64,000 nt of DNA from NCBI GenBank assembly GCA_026129095.1, contig JAHCIT010000005.1, forward strand, positions 1 through 64,000, written 5' to 3'. Shown here in pieces: positions 1 to 9,077 of this stretch. Every line of letters starts with the position of its first letter. Position 1 is the stretch's first letter. The notes under the pieces are model-generated. The model did no database searches, was not told where the DNA came from, and saw only the letters and a program-made list of their open reading frames with translations. A program made the translations under genes and the position numbers. The stretch is from Deltaproteobacteria bacterium. GTDB lineage: Bacteria > JAGRBM01 > JAHCIT01.

Positions 1-140
1 TGGCCATTTACTCTTCACAATATAGTCGTTGACAAACTTTAAAGTAAAGTGTTTACTATGCTTTAGCGATACGCTAAGACTAGCAACGTAAAAGGTAAGG
101 CCTTCGATACAGCCACATACCTAGTCAAAGGAGATTTTCA

Positions 141-1073
141 ATGAATCAGACGGTTCAACGCGCGACGCAAGAACAGCTCACCAAGGTCGACACGAGCGAT
201 AACATTTACAAGGTGGACCTTTGGCTAAAGAGCGCCCCTCAGGGTTACCTTCAAAAGACGCGCTATGGAAAATATGAGGATTGGCCTATCGAAGAAAATC
301 CTCTCCTTTTCCAAGACGGAGATCTGCGTGACCAGCAGCTGATGATGCTGGCGCACTTCGTTGTGGGTGAAAGGGCGGCGCTTTTCTCGGCAGCTGGCTG
401 CATCCCACGGGAGCCCGATCATGCTGCTCGGGGCTTCCTTTCGACTCAGACCGCGGACGAGGGCCGTCATGTGGAAGTATTCTCACAGCGGCTGTTTGAC
501 CTTGGCGTGCGCAAGGATCAGTTCGAGAGTTTTCTCGATACTTGGACGAACCCGCACCTCAAGAACTTCTGCCTGGCGCTGGACGATCTGGTGAAGAACG
601 GGGATTACGTTGCCGCCATTGTCGGCAATAACATTATCCTGGAAGGTCTCGCTTTCAGCGTTTTCGAGTTCTCCAGAGGGATGAGCAAGTTTAGCGATCC
701 CGTGGGTGAACAGGTGCTCTGCGGCGTGATCGCTGATGAACGCCGGCATGTGGGATTTGGCGAAAACCATCTGGCAAAGCTGATCGCCCGTTATCCGGAA
801 AGCCGTGCAAAAGTTCAGGCCGCACAGAAAGAGTTGACAGGTTTCATGTTCGCAAGTTTCAAGAGCATGCTGAAAACTTTTGGCCGGACGATGGAGCGGA
901 CGATCGGGGAGTACAAGGAGGTGCTCGGGGATTTCGAGCCTTACCCTGGAATTAAGCTGTCGCAGGCCAAAGCGGATACCTTGATGGATGCTATGTGGAA
1001 TAAAATGGAAGGTGAATTCAAAGGCCGGCTCCATCGGCTCGGTGTCGAGTATCAAGAACCCTACGCAAGCTGA
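141..1073 (+). CDS. Ferritin-like di-iron protein (AurF/aldehyde-decarbonylase-like fold)
   Basis: 310 aa, RBS AAAGGAG; two ExxH motifs (DEGRH, DERRH), each preceded by a Glu-bearing helix (VGERAA, ILEGLA). Confidence 0.8.
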   Translation: MNQTVQRATQEQLTKVDTSDNIYKVDLWLKSAPQGYLQKTRYGKYEDWPIEENPLLFQDGDLRDQQLMMLAHFVVGERAALFSAAGCIPREPDHAARGFLSTQTADEGRHVEVFSQRLFDLGVRKDQFESFLDTWTNPHLKNFCLALDDLVKNGDYVAAIVGNNIILEGLAFSVFEFSRGMSKFSDPVGEQVLCGVIADERRHVGFGENHLAKLIARYPESRAKVQAAQKELTGFMFASFKSMLKTFGRTMERTIGEYKEVLGDFEPYPGIKLSQAKADTLMDAMWNKMEGEFKGRLHRLGVEYQEPYAS

Positions 1074-1215
1074 GTGGCGGCATATTTTGGTCCTGGAGGC
1101 GGCCGGGCTCGGACACTACTGTTTCTTCGGAAAGCTTCCTGAAGGCCTTTGGTGCATTCCGCGCCGTCTCACATGAGGCAGTGCCATGGTTTGATATCCA
1201 TAGCTTGGAGACCAG

Positions 1216-3435
1216 ATGAGCAAGTTCCAGAAGGGCCCGAACGTAGAAGACTGGGAACCCGGCAGAAACAAACCGGTTGATGCGCCGCCGGACGATCGGG
1301 AGAGCGTCCCGCCGGTGAGAGTCGTATCCGTAGGTAGAACCTCTGGAGTTTCGGGAGCGTGGAGGCCCAAGCCGCTCAAGATCCCGCCCCCTTCGCGGAT
1401 ACCCACTCATGTGGGTGATGCGCCAACAGCGCCGGAGATAGACATCGAGGGCACAGTCGAGCACCGGGCATTTGACGGTCCGTTACCGATCGACCGGTCG
1501 AAGTGGCAGACATCGGTCTCCGAAAAGGAAGAAGTCGCGGGCAGGATGCGGGTGGAGGCGCCACCGGCGCCGCCGAAAATGGTGCCTCGTCCCGAGGTCG
1601 AACCGGCTGTGGAAGTAGCCGCACCGGCGGACACGGCCGAAACAGGCCGCCGCGAGCCACATGATCACGAGGAAGAGATCATTATCGAGCAGAAGCGGCC
1701 TATTGCGGGAAAAGCCAGCAAGTACGGCCAACTTTGCGATCCGGATGCCTTGTCGGTGCTCGAAAAGCCGAACTACTCGGGAATTCCTGCCGATCCTGAA
1801 ATAAAGATTCCCCGGAATCTCCGGCCGAACCCGGCGAGGCTCTCGGAAATCCTCGGCACTCTGGCGAAGCATGGGATATTCATGCAGGTCGAACGGATGC
1901 TCGATCACCCGAAGGACCGAGCCTTTGCCCGGCGGTTACGAATGGCGTTCGAGGAACTCGGGCCCACGTTTATCAAGCTGGGGCAGATGATTGCTTCAAG
2001 TCCGGGGATATTCCCCGAAACGATATCCGACGAATTCCTCAAGTGCCTCGACAGGGTCCCTCCGTTCCCATATTCCGAAGTAAAGAGAATCCTCCGGGAA
2101 GAACTGGGAGACGACTATAAGTCCAGGTTCCGAAATATCGACGTCAAACCCATCGCCGCTGCCAGCATCGCGCAGGTTCATTTCGCGGAACTGGCGGACG
2201 GAACGCCAGTGGTAATTAAAGTACAGCGGCCGGGCATCAAGGCGGTTGTCGAACGTGACGTCGGCATCTTGTTCCTGATCGCCAAGATGCTGGTCCGGTT
2301 TTTCAGGAACGCCCACCTGGCAAGTCCCGTGGACGTCGTATCGGACTTCAACATAACGCTTCATGAAGAACTCGATTTCCGTCTTGAAGCGAACAGCATG
2401 GAAAAGTTTAACGCCGTGTTCGCGTCGGCGGGGAATAAAAGAATCTACGCGGCGAAGGTCCACCGCGAACATTCGACCAGGCGTGTGCTTGTAATGGAGC
2501 GGCTGTCCGGGGCCCGAGTCGATGATATAAAGGGCATCCGCAAGCTTGGAGCCGATCCGGAAGACGCACTCCGCCTTGGTGTTAAGGCTGTGCTCAGGAC
2601 CATGATGCTCCACGGTTTCTTCCATGGGGACGTGCATGCTGGAAATCTGCTCATCACGCCCGATAACGGGGTCCACTTTATGGATTTCGGCATCGTCGGT
2701 CGTCAATCCGTGGAGAAGAGCAAGCTGATGACGCACCTGCTCGTTTCCATGATGGCGGGTACTTACGAAAATCTGTCTGACGTTCTTATCAAGCTTGGAT
2801 CTGCCCCCGAAAATGTCAATCGTTCGGGGCTGACGAGTGACATCAAGAATCTAATGAGAGAATTTAAAGACTCGCCGCTGGGTGAAATTAACTTTGGCGA
2901 TCTTCTGACCTCGATCGTGCAGGCCGCGGTGAAGAACAACGTGAGGCTGCCGAGGGAATTCATTCTCCTGGTGAAACAGATGGTCTATTTCGACCGTTAT
3001 GCACATCTGCTGGCGCCCGATCTGAACATATTTGAGGATCGTTTCCTGATCGACTTCCTCTGGCGGGATCCGCAGGGACGAGAGCGGTATCCGCAGATGC
3101 AGATGATCGGGATGTTACAGAACGTGAGATCCGTCAAAGACCTGCGGAATAACAAACAGCGTTCGTTCAACGAGCTGCCGGAACGGTATCGTGGCCGGTA
3201 CCGCTATATGGATGGCACGCCAATTACTCCAAACGAATTGCAATGCGTAGTATGCAACATTGTCATTATCGCAAAACGCCCGTTCCAGGCTGGCGACCGT
3301 GCTTTTTGCCAACCGTGCGGAACGAAGATGGTGGTGATTGAGAAAGACGGCAAACTTACCGCCGAACCTATTTATTCACCAGATGCCCAAGCGGTGTTCC
3401 AGGTTACGGAAAACCTGCAGGATTTTGCCCAATAA
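1216..3435 (+). CDS. ABC1/UbiB (AarF)-family atypical kinase with Pro/Glu-rich N-terminal extension and C-terminal Zn-ribbon
   Basis: LGPTFIKLGQ (KxGQ), AAASIAQVH, VIKVQRP, FFHGDVHAGN, MDFGIVG; C-terminal CVVC-x17-CQPC. Confidence 0.92.
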   Translation: MSKFQKGPNVEDWEPGRNKPVDAPPDDRESVPPVRVVSVGRTSGVSGAWRPKPLKIPPPSRIPTHVGDAPTAPEIDIEGTVEHRAFDGPLPIDRSKWQTSVSEKEEVAGRMRVEAPPAPPKMVPRPEVEPAVEVAAPADTAETGRREPHDHEEEIIIEQKRPIAGKASKYGQLCDPDALSVLEKPNYSGIPADPEIKIPRNLRPNPARLSEILGTLAKHGIFMQVERMLDHPKDRAFARRLRMAFEELGPTFIKLGQMIASSPGIFPETISDEFLKCLDRVPPFPYSEVKRILREELGDDYKSRFRNIDVKPIAAASIAQVHFAELADGTPVVIKVQRPGIKAVVERDVGILFLIAKMLVRFFRNAHLASPVDVVSDFNITLHEELDFRLEANSMEKFNAVFASAGNKRIYAAKVHREHSTRRVLVMERLSGARVDDIKGIRKLGADPEDALRLGVKAVLRTMMLHGFFHGDVHAGNLLITPDNGVHFMDFGIVGRQSVEKSKLMTHLLVSMMAGTYENLSDVLIKLGSAPENVNRSGLTSDIKNLMREFKDSPLGEINFGDLLTSIVQAAVKNNVRLPREFILLVKQMVYFDRYAHLLAPDLNIFEDRFLIDFLWRDPQGRERYPQMQMIGMLQNVRSVKDLRNNKQRSFNELPERYRGRYRYMDGTPITPNELQCVVCNIVIIAKRPFQAGDRAFCQPCGTKMVVIEKDGKLTAEPIYSPDAQAVFQVTENLQDFAQ

Positions 3436-3464
3436 TTGATAATAAAAATAGAGGAGCGACAAAG

Positions 3465-4190
3465 ATGAAAAGTCAAAATCCATATGCTCTCCGACCTTTT
3501 CAGGCCTTGGACGCGGTCCATAAGGGAATCCAGAATCCTGACGACACAAAGCAGGCCGCCCGGATGGTTGAGGCAGTTCAGGGGCGAGCGCCGCTGCGGA
3601 TGCTCCGGCGGGTTCGGAGGAATCCTCTGGGACGGAAACTCCTTGCGGAAAAGCCGGATCTCCTTGCCGCACTCCAAGACGCCCAGTGGCTCGCCTCTCT
3701 TCCCGAGGGGACGCTAGGCAGGAGTTATTACGAATTTTGCCGCCGGGAAAAGCTGACGCCCGGAGGGCTATACAAAGCGGTTGAGGATGGATTTGACCGG
3801 GAACGGTTTGAGATGCTTGGCGAAGATGAAAAATTTCTCCAGATGTGGATGCGGGATACTCACGATCTATTCCACGTCGTCACCGGCTACCAGACTGATC
3901 TACTCGGCGAAATAAGCGTGCTGGCGTTCAGTGCGGTCCAGACCCGCAACCCGGGCGTTTGGTTCATGGTTCTGGCTGGAGCGTGCATTCTGGCCCAGCG
4001 GCGAATGATCAACCCGACGCTATTGATGGGGGCCCTTCGGATGGGTATTCGGGCACGAAACGTGGTTGTTACGGACTGGAAAGGTATGCTGTCACTGCCG
4101 CTTGAAGAGGTAAGAAACCGTCTGAACATAACTCCGGCCCCCGCATACGTACCGCTGTATACGAGTCTCGTCCGGATGGAAGTGGCCTGA
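3465..4190 (+). CDS. Coq4-family protein
   Basis: LPEGTLGRSY and HDLFHVVTGY...GE (HDxxH-x11-E metal motif); RBS GAGGAG. Confidence 0.88.
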   Translation: MKSQNPYALRPFQALDAVHKGIQNPDDTKQAARMVEAVQGRAPLRMLRRVRRNPLGRKLLAEKPDLLAALQDAQWLASLPEGTLGRSYYEFCRREKLTPGGLYKAVEDGFDRERFEMLGEDEKFLQMWMRDTHDLFHVVTGYQTDLLGEISVLAFSAVQTRNPGVWFMVLAGACILAQRRMINPTLLMGALRMGIRARNVVVTDWKGMLSLPLEEVRNRLNITPAPAYVPLYTSLVRMEVA

Positions 4191-4235
4191 TATCTGTTCA
4201 CAAGAGGACTCACTCTTCCTAGCAGGAGTTACTAT

Positions 4236-5123
4236 ATGAATGTAAATATCGAACATCTGCTAGATCTTTCGAAAAAAGGACAGTGGTCGGTGAAGGACTA
4301 TGACTGGGCTACGCCGATCCGCGATACCGACGATCTCGGGCCGCGTGAACGCAGGATGCTGGGTCTAGTCTTCCTTTTCACGGCCGGTGTGGAGAAGTTG
4401 GGAGCCGAGGCATTTCGGATCAATGCCAAGAATACCCGGGATTCCGACGTACGGGAATTGTTCGAAATCATAGCCAGTGACGAAGACCGTCATGCCGCTG
4501 CGGAAACGCTTCTGGCAGAGCGATTGGGTGTCGAGTGGGAGGACCTTTCCCCTTTGATCAGGATGGCTTTCAAGAAGCTATCCCGTGATTTACGGCAGAT
4601 GCAAGATTGTCCCTCCCGTGCCTCCCGGGTTTTCCACGAGATCGTCGGAACCCAGATCATTCTGTTCGAACTTGCTCTGGACGCACTCTGGAGTCCGACG
4701 ATCAAGGAAATGATGCGGGATCCGTTCCAGGATGAAATAATCCGCCTGATTGATCGGGATGAGTCGCGCCATCTCGCAATGGATTACTGGCTTCTGGATC
4801 AGAAGGGCTTGGGGTATCACCGGGCGAATCTTAGTCCCGCCGGGATTCTGCTGAACCTGCCTATTCGATTGCCGTCCGCGCTCCTTGGCGGGACGGCATT
4901 TCTCACATTTTTCTGGAAAATGAGAAGCTTGAATATAAATTCGGCTCGCTTCCAGGACTACTGGGACCGGGTGATTGATATCCCCACAAAGGCACCAAAT
5001 GCCCGATGTTTCCCCGTGCACCGGAATACGGTCGAAATACTCCAGCAAACCATCGATTTCCTCAGTGGCCATGACTATTTATTTCGCGGTTTCATGCTCG
5101 GCGTGACTGGCCGGCTGGTCTAG
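4236..5123 (+). CDS. Ferritin-like di-iron protein
   Basis: QWSV..DW N-terminus, GVEKLG, DEDRH, LFELAL, DESRHLAMDY; RBS AGGAG. Confidence 0.8.
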   Translation: MNVNIEHLLDLSKKGQWSVKDYDWATPIRDTDDLGPRERRMLGLVFLFTAGVEKLGAEAFRINAKNTRDSDVRELFEIIASDEDRHAAAETLLAERLGVEWEDLSPLIRMAFKKLSRDLRQMQDCPSRASRVFHEIVGTQIILFELALDALWSPTIKEMMRDPFQDEIIRLIDRDESRHLAMDYWLLDQKGLGYHRANLSPAGILLNLPIRLPSALLGGTAFLTFFWKMRSLNINSARFQDYWDRVIDIPTKAPNARCFPVHRNTVEILQQTIDFLSGHDYLFRGFMLGVTGRLV

Positions 5124-5130
5124 TGACCTC

Positions 5131-5221
5131 AAACCCGGTCACCGGAATCCACATTTAACCACTGCCCGGGTGGTACATTTTTACTCCGCCCTGCCGGTAT
5201 ACTATTAGTCCGACATTGGCG
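5131..5221 (-). mobile_element. Solo, diverged IS21-family right-end remnant
   Basis: Reverse complement (taccggcagggcggagtaaaa..tacca..aatgtggattccggtga.cgggtt) aligns over ~90 bp with the IS21 end at 15383-15473. Confidence 0.85.
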
Positions 5222-5411
5222 CAGGTCATATAACTCGTTGTAATTATTAGTTATGTTAGTATATTTAATAATATGCTATAAAATATACTTAATGCACTCT
5301 TCTCATTGACAGGCTGAAGCTATTAAGACATATATATCTTTATCAGTTTGGTGGGGTCGGCAAAGGTAAATTTGCCCTGAGTCAATCACTCAACATAAGA
5401 GGACAAAAAAC

Positions 5412-6275
5412 ATGGAAGTGAAGCCTATATCTATTGATCGCCATCCTCGGCGTTCACTGCGCAAAACACACGATATCCCAATCCGTAAATTTGACTTCCC
5501 TATCAAGCGGGAAGGGGATTATGCCTTTCCCGACCGTCCTGCAGAATCGCACTTTCTGCACATCCTGTCTCTGTTTTTCCCGGAGGGAGAGCGCTTCTTC
5601 GTCGACTCGGTGATGAATTACCGCGATCAGATCAAGGACGAGAAGCTTCGCCAGCAGATTCGAGGTTTTGCCGGGCAAGAGGCCCAGCACGCAAAGCAGC
5701 ACGCGAAATACAATGACAGAATTGCCAAGCCGCGAATTCGGACGGATTGGCTGGATCCCGTTCAGGATGTACTGTTCAAACTCGCACGGAAGCTGCCCAA
5801 AAAGGTCCAGCTTGCGGCGACAGTCGGTGCCGAACACTTTACGGCGCTTCTGGCCGACAAGGTCCTTCGACACCCGGAGATCGTCAAAGGTTCCAATCCA
5901 GATCATCAGGCCTTGTGGATGTGGCACGCGGCAGAGGAAACCGAACATAAAGCGGTTGCTTTCGACGTCTATCGGGCAATCGGTGGTGGCTATGTAATTC
6001 GTGTGGCCACAATGACAGCGCTATCAACAGCTCTGGTGCCCGGCATCGCGGGAATGATGATCTATTTCATGGCGGCGGACGAGAAGCTGTTCTCTTTTAA
6101 AGACTGGCGCTCTTTTGGGCAATGGGCTTTCGGGGAGGGCGGAATGTTCTCGGATTTTGTGGGCCCTTTTGTCGCTTTCTACCGGCCGGGTTTTCATCCT
6201 TGGCAACAGGATAACTCTGCCCTCTTGGAGAAATGGAAAGGGCTGCAGGGCAATCAGACGTCGGCCCAGGCATGA
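5412..6275 (+). CDS. Predicted metal-dependent hydrolase (Metal_hydrol-type, ferritin-like ExxH ligands)
   Basis: SLFFPEGERFF, GQEAQH, AEHFTA, WHAAEETEHKAVAFDVY, YRPGFHPW. Confidence 0.88.
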   Translation: MEVKPISIDRHPRRSLRKTHDIPIRKFDFPIKREGDYAFPDRPAESHFLHILSLFFPEGERFFVDSVMNYRDQIKDEKLRQQIRGFAGQEAQHAKQHAKYNDRIAKPRIRTDWLDPVQDVLFKLARKLPKKVQLAATVGAEHFTALLADKVLRHPEIVKGSNPDHQALWMWHAAEETEHKAVAFDVYRAIGGGYVIRVATMTALSTALVPGIAGMMIYFMAADEKLFSFKDWRSFGQWAFGEGGMFSDFVGPFVAFYRPGFHPWQQDNSALLEKWKGLQGNQTSAQA

Positions 6276-6362
6276 ATTCCCCCAATATTGGACGGCGAAT
6301 AACTTATGCAGTGGAGGCGATTTTGACACAATCCACGGCAGTATTTAGGGAGCTGAATTATC

Positions 6363-7430
6363 ATGGCGACCACAAAGAAGAATGGTAGCTCAAAACAGCC
6401 GGTGGCCGGAAGTCGCCGGAAGGACGGCTTGGTGCATGCTTCTCCCCGTACCGTAGCCGTCACGGGGTCGTCGGGCAGCCTCGGTGAGGCGGTCATAGAT
6501 CAACTGCTCCGGAGTTTTCCAAAGGTTAAGGTCGTCGCTCTCGATATTGCGCAGCCGCATAGGAATCACGAACCGGAACGATTCAAGTTTATCAAGAGAG
6601 ATGTACGTGACGTGACCCTACAGAAAACTCTAAAGGGCGTGGACGCCGTTATTCATCTTGCATTTATCGTGGACAAGACCGGCGGTCTTACGCCGAAGGA
6701 GATCGAATCTATCAACCTGGATGGTACCCGGAATGTATTCCTGTCGGGGGCGGCAGCCGGGGTAAAGCAGTTCGTCTACGCGTCTTCAGTGGCTGCTTAC
6801 GGGATGCACGCCGATGTAGCGGGCGAACTTCTCACCGAAGAAGCACCGCTTCGCGGGAATCCGGACTTCTTCTACTCGGATCACAAGGCGCGGGTGGAGA
6901 AATGGATCGACGGTTTTGAGAAAGACCGCCCCGGGATTCGTGTCGCACGGCTGCGGCCGTCGATATTCTTAGGTGAGCGTTCCCCGACACGGCCCGTCCG
7001 AATGCTGGCCTATACACCAGTTATACCGTCCATCCGGGGTTTCGATCACGTACGGTTTCAAATCGCCCATGAAGAAGATATCGCCGACGCGTTTTGCGTC
7101 GCTTTCGCTAGCAACGCCCATGGTGCGTTCAATTTAGCCGCTGAAGGAACGCTTAGTCTGCCGGAGATAGCCGCCGAGATGGGCAAGTGGACCTTCCCGC
7201 TTCCGAAGTCGGTTCTCACGATTGGTGCCGTCGCCTACCGTCTCGGCCTTTCACCATGGGACCCGGACTGGCTGATCAAGGCGTCAAGGGCGAATGTCGC
7301 CATGTCCACGGAAAAGGCTCTTAAGGATCTCGGATGGAATCCTCGTTATCGCACGGCTGGTGATGTGCTCCGGGCCGTAGTCGGTGGGAGGCGCACTCCC
7401 CCACAGCCTGTGAAGCTGGCTCAGGCATAA
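6363..7430 (+). CDS. NAD-dependent epimerase/dehydratase (extended SDR)
   Basis: TGSSGSLG Rossmann motif, VIHLA, ASSVAAYG, YSDHK (YxxxK). Confidence 0.88.
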   Translation: MATTKKNGSSKQPVAGSRRKDGLVHASPRTVAVTGSSGSLGEAVIDQLLRSFPKVKVVALDIAQPHRNHEPERFKFIKRDVRDVTLQKTLKGVDAVIHLAFIVDKTGGLTPKEIESINLDGTRNVFLSGAAAGVKQFVYASSVAAYGMHADVAGELLTEEAPLRGNPDFFYSDHKARVEKWIDGFEKDRPGIRVARLRPSIFLGERSPTRPVRMLAYTPVIPSIRGFDHVRFQIAHEEDIADAFCVAFASNAHGAFNLAAEGTLSLPEIAAEMGKWTFPLPKSVLTIGAVAYRLGLSPWDPDWLIKASRANVAMSTEKALKDLGWNPRYRTAGDVLRAVVGGRRTPPQPVKLAQA

Positions 7431-7585
7431 ACGCGTAGGATAACCAACTGTTATCTGTAGGTCTTTGACTCATAAGTCTGTCGTGCGCCGTGGCTCAATT
7501 CTACCTATCGGATATTCGATTCCGGTGTTCACTGAAGACCTAACCGGCATGCGTCCGTGAAGAAGAAATCTGGAAGAAAGAGTCT

Positions 7586-9055
7586 ATGCTCGCCTTCGGT
7601 TTCGCATCCACCCATCCGGTAACGATAAGGCAGATACTCGATTTCACCCGCTGGGAAGTAAGTCTCGCGAAAGACCGATCGCGACGGCCGCATCGGCTTA
7701 CATCTGTCCAATTCGACCAGGTCCGTTATCTGCTCAATTTTTCACGACTGACCCGATTCCGGCCGGGTTCCGCTCGGATCCCGCTGGTGAGCGGCGCAAT
7801 CCGGCCTGAAGCTGACGTGTCCCAGCAGATTACAAATTTACGGAACCGGGTGCACCAGATATTTTCGGTGGCATTCCCAATGGGACGAATCCGCTATGGT
7901 GTGCTGATAAAGGGTGTGCACGAACTCTGGAAAGATATGGCGCAGCTTCGAGGCCAAGTGCTTCGGCACCATTCCGACGAGTTTTCCGAGGAAGAACTAG
8001 ATGCGGAAATCTGCCAGAAAACCTGGGTGAGTGTCGCAGGCGGTGGCGGCGGAGCCGGGTATGTCTATCTCGGCGCCTATATGGAAATGCATGAGGCTGG
8101 ACTCATTCCCGGCTATATTGTCGGATCCTCCATCGGAAGTATCATGGGGCTTCTGCGAGCCCGCAATCGCATTCCAGATTTTCAGCAGATTCTAGACCTC
8201 TCCTATTCGTTGAGAAGGGATAGTCTCCTGCGTGTGATCAGCATGAAGCGTAGATACGGCATGCCGGGTTTGTTCAGGCTGTATCTCCGTGGCGGAATTA
8301 GTCCACATTTTTCAGGATCTGGCGGCACACCCATGCGGCTTACGGATCTGGAAATTCCGTATGAAGCCGTTGTCGCCGGTATTCCAAGAGGCGCCCTTCG
8401 CGAATCGATGGATGACCTGGATCGTGATTTTTATCCGTACGCCGGTCAGGTTCCTGCCTGGAAAATTCGGGCGAAGATCGCGGAACAATTCGTCAAACTA
8501 ATGGGCTACCTGAACCCGCTGCTTTGCAAGGAGATACTGATCGGTTCCACTCCGCTTACCAGGGATTTTGACGCGGTAGATGCAGTTGGTTTCTCTTCCG
8601 CAGTGCCAGGAATTATCCATTATGACGTAACACGGGAAGATCCTCGGATGCACGACATCCTCTCGAGTCTCTTTCGCCAGGAAGACCTAGCAGCACTTGT
8701 GGACGGTGGAGTAGCCAACAACGTTGCCTGCCGGACTGCGTTCCAACGTGTGATGGAGGGGAACATCGGCACCCGGAATGCATTGATAATCGGATTTGAT
8801 TGCTTCGCGCCCAAAATTCTGCAAGACCAGCATCTTTATCCCATTCAGGCTGTCGTGCAACTTCAGGTAGCACTTAACCGGCCATATGCGGCGACGATCA
8901 TAAATTTTCCCAGAACTCTGTCCCCTTTCAATGTCATGCCTTCGCGGGTCGAAATTGACTGGTCTGTCGATGAGGGCCGACGCGTAATAGGCAGGGAACT
9001 GGAGTGGATCAGACTTATTATGAGTCCTGCCAAATTCGTTCGGGAAATTTTCTGA
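7586..9055 (+). CDS. Patatin-like phospholipase
   Basis: GGGGGAG oxyanion motif, GSSIG nucleophile elbow, DGG; start uncertain. Confidence 0.85.
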   Translation: MLAFGFASTHPVTIRQILDFTRWEVSLAKDRSRRPHRLTSVQFDQVRYLLNFSRLTRFRPGSARIPLVSGAIRPEADVSQQITNLRNRVHQIFSVAFPMGRIRYGVLIKGVHELWKDMAQLRGQVLRHHSDEFSEEELDAEICQKTWVSVAGGGGGAGYVYLGAYMEMHEAGLIPGYIVGSSIGSIMGLLRARNRIPDFQQILDLSYSLRRDSLLRVISMKRRYGMPGLFRLYLRGGISPHFSGSGGTPMRLTDLEIPYEAVVAGIPRGALRESMDDLDRDFYPYAGQVPAWKIRAKIAEQFVKLMGYLNPLLCKEILIGSTPLTRDFDAVDAVGFSSAVPGIIHYDVTREDPRMHDILSSLFRQEDLAALVDGGVANNVACRTAFQRVMEGNIGTRNALIIGFDCFAPKILQDQHLYPIQAVVQLQVALNRPYAATIINFPRTLSPFNVMPSRVEIDWSVDEGRRVIGRELEWIRLIMSPAKFVREIF

Positions 9056-9077
9056 GTTTCAGTCGCACCATCTCGTG

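Noticed and set aside
29-62. Sigma-70 promoter (TTGACA at 29; also at 5306)
   Set aside because: Plausible, but the best -10 hexamers are not at 16-18 bp spacing, so no exact promoter is called.
141-5123. Canonical ubiquinone operon (ubiB/coq7)
   Set aside because: No ubiA/ubiE/ubiG/ubiJ here; the di-iron proteins are ~300 aa and not recognisably Coq7, so gene symbols are withheld.
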